Positions 20,621-31,093 of a DNA stretch of 64,000 bases are shown here, piece by piece; positions within the stretch are counted from its first letter, which is position 1; each line of letters opens with the position of its first letter. Source of the stretch: an uncultured Trueperaceae bacterium (GTDB taxonomy: Bacteria > Deinococcota > Deinococci > Deinococcales > Trueperaceae); contig CAWCXJ010000007.1 in the NCBI GenBank assembly GCA_963799485.1, positions 448,001 to 512,000 on the forward strand. The letters run 5' to 3'. A model generated the notes under the pieces. That model was given only the letters and a program-made list of their open reading frames with translations. It ran no database searches and was not told the DNA's origin. The translations under genes were made by a program, and so were the position numbers.

Positions 20621-20955
20621 CGCTTGACGCCGTATTTAGCGGCGATGTCAACCGCCGGGATAAGCTTTACTTCACCCCGTTCAAAGCGTTCTATCCGTTC
20701 CCGGATGTCTGCCGGGACTTCACCCGGAAACTCATAAGCGTCAGTGTCGCGCTCGAGTACGTCACCTAGCTCTGCCCGCTCACCCGTCAGCTTGTCGAGA
20801 GCCGTAAGCATCCGGTCAAGCGTTGCCAAACTGACACGCTCAGCTTCACCCCGGACTGCCGGGTAAACACTGTTCAAACTAAGCTTTGCTTCGAGGGCTA
20901 ACTGATGTGCGGTGATGTCGTGCTGCTCTAGGTAGTCTTTCAGTTTCCATTTCAT
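20617..20955 (-). CDS. XRE/Cro-like HTH antitoxin or regulator
   Basis: WKLKDYLEQHDITAHQLA...VSLATL; overlaps the toxin start. Confidence 0.82.
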   Translation of the reverse strand: MKWKLKDYLEQHDITAHQLALEAKLSLNSVYPAVRGEAERVSLATLDRMLTALDKLTGERAELGDVLERDTDAYEFPGEVPADIRERIERFERGEVKLIPAVDIAAKYGVKR

Positions 20956-20993
20956 AACGCTACTTTAGCACATTTAGCTTAAGCTGTACATGC

Positions 20994-21022
20994 TTGACAG
21001 TTTAGCTGATACCTGATAAACT
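20994..21022 (+). promoter_or_regulatory. Sigma70 promoter overlapped by an inverted repeat
   Basis: TTGACA-17-TAAACT; agttta...taaact dyad. Confidence 0.7.
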
Positions 21023-21079
21023 GAAGGCAGTTAGGGGCAAGCCCTGGTAAGCATCCCCTAACTAGAAACGGAGTTCCAA

Positions 21080-21283
21080 ATGCAGCATATCACCATCCGT
21101 AAACAACCCGGCGCAAGCTATACGAGCCCTATTAAGGCCTACGACTTAGAGCGCAATGGCGTTACCGTCGGCACGCTTCAGACCTGGGGCATAGTCTGGG
21201 AAGTCTTAGACGCTACCCTTAACTGCGTCTCTAAGCACACCACCATTAAGGCAGCGGTACGTGTCGCGTCGAGGGCTCTGTAA
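21080..21283 (+). CDS. Hypothetical protein
   Basis: GGAG RBS; first gene of a coupled three-gene operon. Confidence 0.65.
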   Translation: MQHITIRKQPGASYTSPIKAYDLERNGVTVGTLQTWGIVWEVLDATLNCVSKHTTIKAAVRVASRAL

Positions 21284-21447
21284 TGAGCCCCTTTACCTTC
21301 GTAGACATCGAGATGTACAGCGACCGTGAAGAGGACTTACAAGCTCTTTACGCAGAGCTTGCAAAAGAGGACGGGGCAGATGATGAGCTGCCCCCTGTTA
21401 TTCAAGATGAACTGCCCGAATGGGATTTTTGGGGAGAGGCGGCATGA
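21283..21447 (+). CDS. Small, highly acidic hypothetical protein (54 aa)
   Basis: Manual translation MSPFTFVDIEMYSDREEDLQALYAELAKEDGADDELPPVIQDELPEWDFWGEAA; TAATG and ATGA overlaps with both neighbours. Confidence 0.7.
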   Translation: MSPFTFVDIEMYSDREEDLQALYAELAKEDGADDELPPVIQDELPEWDFWGEAA

Positions 21448-21770
21448 TGGCCTCTCTTCTCTCCCAACTCAAGACGGCGAAGAACGGTTTAGAGGATGCC
21501 CAGATTACCCTGTGTGGGGCTGTGACCGCACACGCTGAAGCTAAGCGGGTGCTAGAGCAAGCTGAAGCGGTCAAACTGTGTGAAGGGGTAGACGGTAAGA
21601 ATGAACGGGGGCGGACAGCCAAGCTTAGGCTCGAGCTTCCGGCAGAGTACGCGGCGTTCGCTGAAGCTGAGGACGCCTTGACTGAAGCCCGCTGTGCGTT
21701 TGAATTGGCACGGCTCGAGTGGGATTGGCACGGTATAGCGTCCGAACGTTTGAAGCCGAAAGGTTTATAG
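21444..21770 (+). CDS. Coiled-coil hypothetical protein
   Basis: Helical sequence with a DGKNERGR motif; hairpin terminator at 21797-21824. Confidence 0.65.
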   Translation: MMASLLSQLKTAKNGLEDAQITLCGAVTAHAEAKRVLEQAEAVKLCEGVDGKNERGRTAKLRLELPAEYAAFAEAEDALTEARCAFELARLEWDWHGIASERLKPKGL

Positions 21771-22037
21771 CAGCGGCGTGATTGCCAAACAGGAAGAAGC
21801 CTCGGCACGATAACCGGGGCTTTTACTGTCATTAAGTACCGACACGAATGTCAATGACGCACTTCTCACAAACGCTCCTATCAAAGGGGCGGTGTTCAGC
21901 TTTCCCTACGTGTAGACCTAACGTGTGGCTAACAGGGGAAGATTAAACAAACGCTCGTGAGCTTGGTATTCCTCACCTGGAAACCGAGCAAAACTGCACA
22001 GCTTTCCACGCTCACCCAAATCATGAATCAACTTCCG

Positions 22038-22843
22038 GGTAGTGGTCTAGGGAAGACTGATAAGTTAAGGAATGGTCACAAAGGTTGTTCATTGCCAGCA
22101 CTGCGAGAGCGATAAACTTGTGAAGAACGGTCACGCGCCAAACGGCAAGCAAAAGTACCTGTGCCGAGCGTGCGGTAAAGCCAGTCGAGAGAACGCGAGC
22201 GCTAAAGGGTACAGCGAAGCGAAGAAAGACGAGATACTGAAGTCTTATCAGGAGCGCTCCAGTATGCGTGGGCTGACCCGAACCTTCGGAGTGTCGCGTA
22301 CCACGGTAGCGAAGTGGCTTAAAAAAAGCCGCGACGACGCCACCGCTTAGCGCAACCCTTGTGACACCCGGCAACCCTGAAGCGGTGCAACTAGAACTTG
22401 ATGAGATGTACCCTGCCACTTCGTTTGGGGCACTTTGGTCATTTGTTCGATGTAGACGTAACAAACGGTGGGTCTGGATAGCACTTTGTAAGCAGACACG
22501 CCAGGTGGTTGCTTGTGTTGTAGGTGGACGTGGCATTGCTACTTGTCAAAAACTTTGGCGTAACATCCCCGATGCTTACAAACAAGGCATCGTGTTCAGC
22601 GACTTCTGGGAAGCTTACCAGGCCGTCGTTCCCGATGAACAGCATCAAGCTGTTGGCAAAGACTCAGGGCTTACAGCCCATGTCGAGCGTTTCAACAACA
22701 CTATTCGGCAGCGCCTAGCTCGCTTCGTCCGTAAGACCCTGTCCTTCTCCAAGTCTGAGCACATGCACCTCATTTGCTTACACCTGTTTCTCGTTCGTTA
22801 CAACCTTGAACGGGCGGTTGTCAGTCGCTGATGGACCACTGCC
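22038..22843 (+). mobile_element. IS1 family insertion sequence
   Basis: IRs ggtagtggtc / gaccactgcc; 8-bp target duplication AACTTCCG (22030-22037, 22844-22851). Confidence 0.93.
22072..22831 (+). CDS. IS1 transposase (InsA 22072-22350 and InsB, frameshift at the A-run near 22321)
   Basis: CQHC..KNG..NGKQKYLCRAC; ELDE, SDFWEAY, TAHVERFNNTIRQRLARFVRKT. Confidence 0.9.
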
Positions 22844-24349
22844 AACTTCCGAAAATCATCAGCGGTTTCCGTGTTCAGGATTCGCTTGAACCGTTCAAAA
22901 AAAGTTTTTGATGCGGCCCTGTCGAATATAGGCACTGTTCCAACACCCCAACGATTGTAAACCGTTTTAGCTCGCCACGCGAACCGGATTTCGGCAGTAG
23001 ACAGACCGCGAGCATAAAGCGTAGCATCGGCGTTTATTAGGTCGTCCGTTGACAAATGTTTATCATTGCGACATCTTTCCAGAACCAACCTTTGAACGGA
23101 GTAGGCGTTAGTGGTCTGCCCTGAGCTTGCTGCTAATTCAAATGAACGTAGATAGCCGCTGAAAGCGTTGAAATTGCTCAGGCCCAAATAGTCATCTCCC
23201 CGGTATTGAGCTATTACGTCGGGGGCTAAGTACTCCTGCTCGAGCAGATAGCCTGCTTCATCAAAACAGTTTACTCGCAAAAGTACCGCTATACACGAGA
23301 TAAACAGTTCGTGAGCTACAAAACGTCCCGAGTCATAGTGAGGGTTACTTAGTTCTTGAGCGTGCATAAGCGGTATGAGGTCGTTAAAGAAGTCGTGGAG
23401 GGAGTCCAAAGCAGCCGTGTTTTGCCCAACTCCATATCTTCCGAGAGTATAAATAACCTCAACAAACTCGTTTTTGTAGGGGAGTAGGGCTCCAGCTTTG
23501 CCAAGCGCTGCGTCTGCTATATCGATGTGGTACGTCCCAACTGGGGAGGGTTCAAGCTGACCATTTTTTAGGAAACCCCTGAATGTCTCCAGATAATCTC
23601 CGAACACACCGGGAGCAGTGCGTTTCTCATTCTTTATCGCTTCTATTGCTGTACGAGCTTTGTGTACTGTGACAAGCTGTGTGTCATCCTCTTCGTCTAG
23701 GTACGATGGGCGCGAGCCAAATTCCGGTTTTCTATAAAGCGGCTTTCCTTCGACACTCCGCACCAAACCCTCGAACGATTCTTCAAACCGCTCAGCTGAG
23801 GACAAATCGACCCGCCATTTACCTCGCAAATAGGTCGGCAAGAAAGGTCTACCCTCTTTGTCAACCTCAGCAACAACCGGGATAAACTTTCGGTCGCCTG
23901 CTGCTTCGTAAACTTCGGGAGAAATAATCTGCGTCTCAATCCCCACACCACCTGCGCGGTCGTTAGCTTTACGGGCATAGGCTTCGTCACACAGCAACAA
24001 AACCTTGGAGATGGACTCATCATTTACAAAACGCTCCATGTAACGAATCATGTCGTCACCAAAATCTACTTCCCATTTATCCAGCACAACATCGATGTTA
24101 TTGGCAATCAATTTCTCTGCAACCATCAACACCCAGGCTTCATGATCCGGGGTTGTCCAGCTATACGAGATAGCAACCTTTTTTCGAGTTGCAGATTTGG
24201 CATCCGAAACCTGTGTCATTAAGGCAAATCTACCTCGAGCAAGGCAAGTTATGAATTACGCGCATACCACATCGTCGTGGCTGAGATCGAAGATGCCTAG
24301 CTTGAGACCTTGAGGGAGAGTGCGGCTCGGGCTAAACCCCTCGAGCTTC

Positions 24350-24374
24350 TTTATGCCGCGTTACGCGGCATAAA
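24350..24374. promoter_or_regulatory. 25-bp palindrome between the divergent SEFIR and hsdM genes
   Basis: tttatgccgcgt-t-acgcggcataaa. Confidence 0.55.
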
Positions 24375-24424
24375 CCTAAACTGCCGATTTGGGATTTTTG
24401 AGCACTCTCGTTATGATTGCGAAC

Positions 24425-26674
24425 ATGTTGCCCCAAAACGTGATGCAAAACAAGAGCGATTTCATTTGGGATATTGCGAACCTCTTACGCGGCCCTTACC
24501 GCCCACCTCAATACCGCCGCGTGATGATTCCGCTCACGGTGCTCCGGCGTTTAGATTGCGTACTCGAGCCGACCAAAGCCGAGGTAAGTGCGGAATATCA
24601 GAGGCTAAAAGCACGAGAGCTTGATGAAGAGACCATTGAAAAGCTGATCAGCCGCAAATTTAGTCTGAGCTTTTTCAACACCAGCAACTTTACCTTTGAG
24701 AGTTTGCTGAATGATCCGGATAACCTCGCTAAAAACCTGAGCAACTACATCACCAGCTTTTCAAGCCGCGCCCGCAAGATTCTGGAGAAGTTCAAGTTTG
24801 AAGAAGAGATTGACAAGCTCGAGGATGCCAACCGCCTCTTTGAGATTATCAAGTCCATTGCTGCTATAGACCTTCACCCCAACACCGTGCCGAACATGGC
24901 GATGGGGTACATCTTCGAGGATTTAGTCCGGCGCTTTAACGAGCAGGCCAACGAAGAAGCCGGGGATCACTTTACGCCGCGTGAGGTCATCAAGCTGATG
25001 GTCAACATCCTCTTTACCGGACAAGAAGCGGTATACACGGCGGGTAAAGTCATAAAAGTTTATGACCCGACCTGCGGCACCGGCGGTATGCTCTCGGAGT
25101 CTGAAAAACACATCCGCAACGGCAACGACCAGGCCAACATCGAGCTTTTCGGACAAGAGTACAACCCGGAGTCTTACGCGATCTGCGGTTCAGACCTGAT
25201 GATTAAAGACGAAGACGCAAGCAATATCGCCTTTGGCGACACGCTCGGCACCGGACGCCACAAAGACGGTGTAGTAGACGGTGACGGGCATCCGAACACC
25301 CATTTTGACTATATGCTTGCGAACCCACCCTTCGGGGTCGAGTGGAAACCGGAAAAGGATTACGTCACGCAGGAGCACGAAAAAGACGGGTTTAACGGGC
25401 GGTTCGGCCCCGGCCTACCCCGTATCAACGACGGCGCACTGCTCTTTTTGTTGCACATGATCAGCAAAATGGAGGCGTCTCCAGCCGAGGGGGGCGAAGG
25501 CTCACGTATCGCCGTCGTCTTTAACGGCTCACCGCTCTTTACCGGTGACGCGGGCAGCGGTGAAAGCAATATCCGGCGCTGGATTATCGAACAGGACATG
25601 CTCGAGGCCGTCGTCGGCCTGCCCGACCAGCTCTTTTACAACACCGGCATCTACACCTACATCTGGATTGTTACGAACCGCAAGAGCGAAAAGCGGCGCG
25701 GCAAGGTGCAGCTCATCAACGCTTCTGACTTCGCCTGGAAGATGAAAAAGAGCCTGGGCAACAAGCGCAACAAGCTCGGTGAAGGCGAGAATGGCGAGCC
25801 CGACCACATCGGGGAACTGACCAGAATTTACGGTGACTTCATCCATAACGACACGTGCACCGTCGGCGAGGTCAAGACGAACGTCGAACCCGACCGCAAG
25901 GTAAAACGCGACCTGAATAAGATGTTGACCGTAAGCAAGGTTTTCCCTAACCAAGACTTCGGCTTTATCAAACTGAGCGTCGAGCGCCCGCTACGCCTGA
26001 ACTTCGCCGTAACCGACGAGCGTGTCGAGCGGTTCAAGGAGAGCGCCTACTTTACGGGGCTGGCGACCAGCAAAAAGCGGAAAGACAAGGCCGAAATTGA
26101 GCGAGAAGAGGCGGCGGGCAGAGCGCAGCAAGAGCGGATTTTGCAGGTGCTCGAGACCCTAAAACCCGACTATTCAGCCGGTGAAACTACCAAAAACCGG
26201 GAGACGTTCGAGCGGCGCTTAGTTACGGCGTTCGGGAGCAGCACGCACAGGCTCGACACCCCGCTTAAAAAGGCGCTCCTGGCAAAAGGCGCGTTAGGTG
26301 AGCCCGACGCCGACGCGGACATCTGCACGGACGCTCGGGGCCGCCCCGAACCCGACGCGGACTTACGCGACAGCGAAAACGTCCCGTTTCCCGACGGTCT
26401 TCCGCTGCCGCTGCCCCTTACTTACGGTAAAGACGCCGACAACAGCGAACTTGTCGCGCTTGTCAAAGACCCCTGCCAAGCGTATTTAGAGCGCGAAGTG
26501 CTGCCGTACCGCCCGGACGCCTGGATAGATTTCAGCAAGACCAAGGTGGGGTACGAGATTCCCTTTAACCGCCACTTTTACGAGTACGAGCCGCCGCGCC
26601 CACTCGCGGAGATTGAAGCAGACATCAAGGGGCTCGAGCAAGACATTTTAGACATGCTTGCAGAGGTTGTCTGA
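24425..26674 (+). CDS. hsdM: Type I R-M methyltransferase subunit M
   Basis: FIWDIANLLRG, AGDHFTPREV, YDPTCGTGGML, NPPFG, FYNTGI. Start inferred from a TATGAT -10. Confidence 0.96.
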   Translation: MLPQNVMQNKSDFIWDIANLLRGPYRPPQYRRVMIPLTVLRRLDCVLEPTKAEVSAEYQRLKARELDEETIEKLISRKFSLSFFNTSNFTFESLLNDPDNLAKNLSNYITSFSSRARKILEKFKFEEEIDKLEDANRLFEIIKSIAAIDLHPNTVPNMAMGYIFEDLVRRFNEQANEEAGDHFTPREVIKLMVNILFTGQEAVYTAGKVIKVYDPTCGTGGMLSESEKHIRNGNDQANIELFGQEYNPESYAICGSDLMIKDEDASNIAFGDTLGTGRHKDGVVDGDGHPNTHFDYMLANPPFGVEWKPEKDYVTQEHEKDGFNGRFGPGLPRINDGALLFLLHMISKMEASPAEGGEGSRIAVVFNGSPLFTGDAGSGESNIRRWIIEQDMLEAVVGLPDQLFYNTGIYTYIWIVTNRKSEKRRGKVQLINASDFAWKMKKSLGNKRNKLGEGENGEPDHIGELTRIYGDFIHNDTCTVGEVKTNVEPDRKVKRDLNKMLTVSKVFPNQDFGFIKLSVERPLRLNFAVTDERVERFKESAYFTGLATSKKRKDKAEIEREEAAGRAQQERILQVLETLKPDYSAGETTKNRETFERRLVTAFGSSTHRLDTPLKKALLAKGALGEPDADADICTDARGRPEPDADLRDSENVPFPDGLPLPLPLTYGKDADNSELVALVKDPCQAYLEREVLPYRPDAWIDFSKTKVGYEIPFNRHFYEYEPPRPLAEIEADIKGLEQDILDMLAEVV

Positions 26675-27960
26675 TGTTCGGCAATCCATACCCCGATTAT
26701 AAATCAACGGGCGTTGAGTGGTTAGCTCGAATACCGAGTACATGGAACGTTCGTTCTCTCAAGCTGATTTACGACGTACAGCTTGGGAAAATGCTCCAAC
26801 CGCGTTTAGAAAGCCAAGATGACGTAGAAGTGCCGTACATAAAAGCTTTACACGTGACCTGGCAGGGCGTAAATACGGAAGAGCTGCCGACGATGTGGGC
26901 TTCAAAAGACGAACTTCAAAAGTACGCAGTGCAAGTAGGCGACCTTTTAGTTTGTGAAGGCGGCGAGGTAGGCAGAGCAAGCATTGTCGAGAGTTTAGAC
27001 AATGCCGACGCTACCATCATTCAAAATGCAGTACATCGTATTCGCAGCGAGACTTCAGGCAATGTGCGTTACCTTAAATACGTTCTTGAAAGCATTGCTA
27101 ACGCCGACTGGTTTTCAGTTTTGTGTAATAAAGCGACTATTGCCCATCTGACAAGTGAAAAACTAGGGGCCATCAGAGTACCGAACCCGCCAATCTGTGA
27201 GCAGCAAAAAATCGTTGAGTTTCTCGAGCACAAAACCTCTCAAATTGACGCGCTCATCGAGAAGAAGCGGGCGCTGATCGAAAAGCTGAACGAAAAGCGC
27301 ACGGCGGTCATTACGCAGGCTGTGACCAAAGGGTTAGACCCTAACGTACCGCTGAAAGATTCGGGGGTTGAGTGGCTGGGGGAAGTGCCGGAGCATTGGG
27401 AAGTGAAGCGGCTTAAACAAGCTGTCACCTTTCAACGGGGTCACGACTTAACGAGTGATGAGCGCGAAGCGGGAAACGTTCCTGTAATAACGTCAGGGGG
27501 ATTTACCGACACTCATGCGTTCGCAAAAGCGCGTGGGCCGGGTCTCGTCACTGGTCGTTACGGGACTATAGGTAAGTTTCACTATGTAGCAGAAGACTAC
27601 TGGCCTCACAACACAACCTTGTACAGCATTGACCTATGCGGAAATGACGCGCGTTATCTTTGGTATCTGGTTCAACACCTTGCACCGTTATTTATCCTGA
27701 ACTCGAAAAAGTCTGCCGTCCCCGGCGTGGATAGAAATGACCTTCATCCGGTTTCCGTTGCAATTCCTCCAGCTGCCGATGAACAAAGGGCAATCGTCGA
27801 TTATTTAGAAACCATCGTTCAGAAGCTCGACAAAATACAGGCTCAGACTATTTCATCAATTGCTCTCCTCCAAGAGCGCCGCACCGCCCTCATAACTGCT
27901 GCTGTCACCGGTCAAATTGATGTGCGAGATTTCGGTGTGGCGGCTGGGGTGCTGTCATAG
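26674..27960 (+). CDS. hsdS: Type I R-M specificity subunit S
   Basis: Duplicated GVEWL..IP..W and PP..EQ..IV conserved regions around two TRDs. Confidence 0.95.
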   Translation: MFGNPYPDYKSTGVEWLARIPSTWNVRSLKLIYDVQLGKMLQPRLESQDDVEVPYIKALHVTWQGVNTEELPTMWASKDELQKYAVQVGDLLVCEGGEVGRASIVESLDNADATIIQNAVHRIRSETSGNVRYLKYVLESIANADWFSVLCNKATIAHLTSEKLGAIRVPNPPICEQQKIVEFLEHKTSQIDALIEKKRALIEKLNEKRTAVITQAVTKGLDPNVPLKDSGVEWLGEVPEHWEVKRLKQAVTFQRGHDLTSDEREAGNVPVITSGGFTDTHAFAKARGPGLVTGRYGTIGKFHYVAEDYWPHNTTLYSIDLCGNDARYLWYLVQHLAPLFILNSKKSAVPGVDRNDLHPVSVAIPPAADEQRAIVDYLETIVQKLDKIQAQTISSIALLQERRTALITAAVTGQIDVRDFGVAAGVLS

Positions 27961-28005
27961 GCTTTTAGGTAAGGGCTGGCCGGTTTTGTTTCGGAAAGGG
28001 CGCGG

Positions 28006-31000
28006 ATGACCAAGCACAAAGAAAAGCCGTTTGAAGACGCGATTGAGCACGTCTTGCTGACTGAGGGCGGCTATGAGCGGGGCAGGGGCGGCGACTATGA
28101 CAAAGGGCGGGGGCTCGAGCCGCAGACGGTGCTTGATTTCATCCGTCGCACTCAACCGAAGCTCTGGGACTGGCTGAGCGGGCTGCACGGCGCGGACGCG
28201 GACAAGGTGTTGCTCGATTCTCTGGTCAAAGAGCTGGACACTCGAGGGATGCTGAGCGTTTTACGGCACGGCTTTAAGTGCTACGGCAGGCGTTTTCAGA
28301 TGGCGTACTTCATGCCGAACAACGCCCTCAACCCCGAAACGGGGCGGCTTTACGGCGAAAACCGCGTCTCGGTGACGCGGCAGCTTTATTATTCGGAGAA
28401 GAACACCAAGTCGCTCGACCTGGTGCTGTTTGTGAACGGCTTGCCGGTTGTGACCGCCGAGCTTAAAAGCCCGCTGTCGGGGCAGACGGTTGACCACGCC
28501 AAGGCGCAGTACAAAAACGACCGCGACCCGAACGAAAAGATTTTCGAGTTCAAGCGGCGGGCGCTCGTGCATTTTGCGGTAGACGCCGATTTGGTCTTTA
28601 TGACGACGCGGCTGAGCGGGAACAAAACGGTGTTCTTGCCGTTTAACCTTGGTGCGCCCGTCGGGTCGGAGGTGGGGGCGGGTAATCCGTCGGCGGAGGG
28701 CGATTACAAGACGGCGTACCTCTGGCGCGAGGTGTGGCAGCGGGATAGCCTGCTCGACATCGTGGGCCGCTTTATGCACCTGCAAAGCGAAGAGAAGCGC
28801 ATCTTTACCGATACGGGTACGAAGAAAATCACCAAAGAGGTGATGATTTTTCCGCGCTATCATCAGCTGGGCGCGGTGCGGAAGCTTGTCGCACACAGTC
28901 GGGCGCACGGGTCGGGGCATAACTATTTAGTGGAGCACTCGGCGGGGTCGGGTAAGTCGAACTCGATAGCGTGGCTCGCGCACAGGCTCTCGAGCCTGCA
29001 CACCGACTCGGACGAAAAGGTGTTTCATTCGGTTGTCGTCGTCACCGACCGGCGCGTGCTCGACCAGCAGTTGCAAGACACCATCTACCAGTTCGAGCAC
29101 AAGCAGGGCGTCGTTAAAAAGATCGACGAGGACACGCGGCAGCTCGCGCAGGCGCTCTCTGAGGGCACACCTGTTATCATCACCACCTTGCAGAAGTTTC
29201 CGTTTGTGGCGGGGGCGCTCGAGCGGCTTAATGTCCATGGCGGGAACGATAAGCTTTCAATCAAAACCGAGAACAAACATTACGCCGTTATCGTTGACGA
29301 GGCGCATAGTTCACAGTCAGGCGAAAGCGCGGCAGAGATCAAACACGTCCTCAACAAAGACGGAATTGAGAAGAAAGTCGAAGAACATAAAGCGGTCAGC
29401 GGTGCAGATGAACCGGATGGTGTGTTACGCGAAATGTTGAAGCGCGGACGCCAACCCAACTTGAGCTTTTACGCCTTTACCGCCACCCCGAAATACAAGA
29501 CCAAACACGTCTTTAATGAACTGGGGCCGACGGGCGCAGCGCCGTTTCACAAATACAGTATGCGCCAAGCCATCGAAGAGGGCTTTATCTTGGACGTGCT
29601 AGCGAACTACACGACGTACAAGCTTTACTACCGGCTGACCCAGGCGGCGGGCGAAGACCCCAAGGTTATGCGTAAACAGGCGGCGAAAGCTTTGGCGCGC
29701 TTCGTTTCTTCACACGACCACAACATCAGCCAGAAAACGGAGGTCATCATCGAGCACTTCCGCGCCCACGTGCGGCACAAAATAGGCGGACGCGCCAAGG
29801 CGATGGTCGTCACCGAGTCGCGCTGGCACGCGGTACGCTACAAGCTAGCATTCGACGCCTATGTCTCCGACAAGGGCTATACCGATGTAAGGTCGCTTGT
29901 AGCGTTTTCCGGTACGGTGCAAGACCCGGAACTATCAGACAAGACCTATACCGAAGTCGGGATGAACGGCGGCATCAGAGAAAAAGAGCTGCCCGAAGTT
30001 TTTGACACGGGCGACTACCGCCTGCTCATCGTCGCCGACAAGTACCAGACCGGCTTCGACCAACCGCTTTTACACACCATGTACGTGGACAAAAAACTTT
30101 CAGGCGTGCAGGCGGTGCAGACGCTCTCACGCCTCAACCGCACGGCAACAGGTAAAGACGGCACCTTCGTGCTGGACTTTCGCAACGAGCGCGAAGAGAT
30201 TTTTGACGCTTTTAAGCCCTATTACGGCGAGACCATTGCCGAGCCCCTGACCGACGCGCAGCACCTCTACCGGCTGCAAGGGCAGATTGAAGCGGCGCAC
30301 GTGGTTTTCGAGCAGGACGTGCAGGAGTTCTGTGAGGTGTTTTTTGCCGATAAACGCAAAGAGAGTGTGCGCGACCAGGCCCGGATGAACGCCGTTTTAG
30401 ACCGAGGCGTAGCGCGGTATAAAGAGCTACCGGAAGAAGACCAGGGCGAGTTCAAGAGCCTGCTGGTGAGCTTTCGCAACCTCTACGCCTTTTTGTCGCA
30501 GGTCATCCCTTATGGGGACTCGGAACTCGAGCAGCTTTACACCTACCTGCGCTTTTTGATCACCAAACTGCCGAGCGACCCAAACCGTTCAGACCACCGG
30601 GTAGATGATGATGTGGCGCTCGAGTTCTACCGCTTGCAGAAAATCAGCGAAGGGCGCATCAATCTTAACGAAGGGAGCGCCGACCCGCTCAAAGGCCCAA
30701 GCGATGTAGGCACAGGCCAGAGCCAAGACGAAATCACCCAACTTTCCGAACTCGTCAAAAAGCTCAACGAACGCTTTGGTACGGACTTTACCGAAGCCGA
30801 TCAGCTTTTCTTCGATCAGATCGAGGCTGAAGCGTTAGACAATGACCAGCTAAAGCAAGCGGCTAAGGCGAACTCTGAAAAAGATTTTGGGTATGTGTTC
30901 CGCAAAGCGTTTGAAGGTCTGGTGATCGACCGCATGGAGGGTAATGAAGAGATTTTCGGCAAGATTATGAAAGACGGTGACTTTAGAGATATGGCGTCTG

Positions 31001-31062
31001 AGCACCTGCTAAGAAAGGTGTATCAGGCGCTCAAAGAAGAAAAAGGGAAGGTCAAAGGCTGA
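28006..31062 (+). CDS. hsdR: Type I R-M restriction subunit R
   Basis: DLVLFVNGLP..AELK, HSAGSGKS, DEAH, FTATP, QTGFDQP, QTLSRLNR. Confidence 0.96.
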   Translation: MTKHKEKPFEDAIEHVLLTEGGYERGRGGDYDKGRGLEPQTVLDFIRRTQPKLWDWLSGLHGADADKVLLDSLVKELDTRGMLSVLRHGFKCYGRRFQMAYFMPNNALNPETGRLYGENRVSVTRQLYYSEKNTKSLDLVLFVNGLPVVTAELKSPLSGQTVDHAKAQYKNDRDPNEKIFEFKRRALVHFAVDADLVFMTTRLSGNKTVFLPFNLGAPVGSEVGAGNPSAEGDYKTAYLWREVWQRDSLLDIVGRFMHLQSEEKRIFTDTGTKKITKEVMIFPRYHQLGAVRKLVAHSRAHGSGHNYLVEHSAGSGKSNSIAWLAHRLSSLHTDSDEKVFHSVVVVTDRRVLDQQLQDTIYQFEHKQGVVKKIDEDTRQLAQALSEGTPVIITTLQKFPFVAGALERLNVHGGNDKLSIKTENKHYAVIVDEAHSSQSGESAAEIKHVLNKDGIEKKVEEHKAVSGADEPDGVLREMLKRGRQPNLSFYAFTATPKYKTKHVFNELGPTGAAPFHKYSMRQAIEEGFILDVLANYTTYKLYYRLTQAAGEDPKVMRKQAAKALARFVSSHDHNISQKTEVIIEHFRAHVRHKIGGRAKAMVVTESRWHAVRYKLAFDAYVSDKGYTDVRSLVAFSGTVQDPELSDKTYTEVGMNGGIREKELPEVFDTGDYRLLIVADKYQTGFDQPLLHTMYVDKKLSGVQAVQTLSRLNRTATGKDGTFVLDFRNEREEIFDAFKPYYGETIAEPLTDAQHLYRLQGQIEAAHVVFEQDVQEFCEVFFADKRKESVRDQARMNAVLDRGVARYKELPEEDQGEFKSLLVSFRNLYAFLSQVIPYGDSELEQLYTYLRFLITKLPSDPNRSDHRVDDDVALEFYRLQKISEGRINLNEGSADPLKGPSDVGTGQSQDEITQLSELVKKLNERFGTDFTEADQLFFDQIEAEALDNDQLKQAAKANSEKDFGYVFRKAFEGLVIDRMEGNEEIFGKIMKDGDFRDMASEHLLRKVYQALKEEKGKVKG

Positions 31063-31093
31063 AAATTTACTAGAAAGAAAAGAGAGTATGTCG

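Larger units (their letters stand above)
21918..24219 (-). pseudogene. SEFIR/TIR domain protein interrupted near its 3' end by IS1
   Basis: KVAISYSW...DVVLDKW...YME...YARKAN..AGGVGIE. The native tail RKLIHDLGE...LLATR* resumes at 22037-21918. Confidence 0.85.
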
